DNA from: Tubulanus polymorphus
Lineage: Eukaryota > Animalia > Nemertea
NCBI RefSeq assembly: GCF_964204645.1
Contig: NC_134031.1
Span: forward strand, 11,720,088-11,784,087
DNA length: 64,000 nucleotides
Direction of reading: 5' to 3'
Shown piece after piece: positions 63,582-64,000 of this stretch; positions within the stretch are counted from its first letter, which is position 1; each line of letters starts with the position of its first letter. Made by a program: the position numbers and the translations under genes. The notes beneath the pieces are model-generated. The model ran no database searches. It was not told where the DNA came from and worked only from the letters and a program-made list of their open reading frames with translations.

Positions 63582-64000
63582 TTAGTCTGTATGTGCATGG
63601 CGGCATTCTCCTTTACAGAAACAAGATTTTATGCACTTCCCACGTTTCTTACATCTGCACCCTGCTTTGCAGCCTTTAATGCACTTGCATGAATTCAGTT
63701 CATCATAATCGGGAAAATCTGTTTTGTCCTTGTAATGTGGTACAAGTTTACCATTTTTATCTACCCAGGCTCCAGTCTCCTCAGGATTTTCCACCATGTA
63801 GATACGATTTGCATTCAACCAAATTTTACATTGGTAGTTCGCTCTGATATAATGATAATGCAATGCGTCTCTGGTTGGTAGTAGCGAGCAAAGGTTTTTG
63901 GCCTTATTTTCATATAATGAAACACGAGCTTCCTCTAAAGCTGAAAATTGTGTGTCATACATTTTACAGACAAACTCTTCAACTTTTTCAAAACTTGTAC
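63582..64000 (-). CDS. C-terminus of an Academ-type transposon protein (Cys-rich finger), continues beyond the window
   Basis: LLPTRDALHYH..RANYQ..IW..P..GAW..LVP..CKC..GC..C.C....C...C.C...C; possible TAGTC terminus at 62431. Confidence 0.6.
   Translation of the reverse strand, partial: TSFEKVEEFVCKMYDTQFSALEEARVSLYENKAKNLCSLLPTRDALHYHYIRANYQCKIWLNANRIYMVENPEETGAWVDKNGKLVPHYKDKTDFPDYDELNSCKCIKGCKAGCRCKKRGKCIKSCFCKGECRHAHTD

Noticed and set aside
1-64000. tRNA or rRNA genes
   Set aside because: None recognised; only short PBS-like tRNA complements in the LTR elements

Overview
AT-rich animal (invertebrate-like) genomic DNA made almost entirely of mobile elements. Bases 1 to about 31170 hold three decayed, partly nested Maverick/Polinton (adintovirus-like) endogenous DNA viruses: A (1-6350, partial), B (7120-23135, apparently end to end) and C (23136-31169, partial). 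They carry pPolB, rve integrase with chromodomain, packaging ATPase, major and minor capsid genes and conserved accessory ORFs. Two features stand out. First, pPolB of copy B contains a full LAGLIDADG intein of giant-virus type at the YxD|TD motif, the neighbouring copy C has the empty allele, and a solo LTR has inserted into the intein. Second, most viral start codons sit in a T-run/spacer/TAAATG context that matches the poxvirus late-promoter architecture. Together these suggest, as a hypothesis, a virophage-like Maverick that depends on a cytoplasmic large DNA virus. The right half holds a complete Sola2-like transposon (transposase + vertnin-like OTU + Tudor-like exons), a hAT element with 6-bp TSD, two non-autonomous LTR elements with two alternative primer-binding sites, Penelope-like elements with a hammerhead-like motif, Academ-like and Helentron/HINE-like elements, MITEs, a 1021-bp tandem duplication and one possible host exon. 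All assignments come from motif recognition by eye; no database searches were run.
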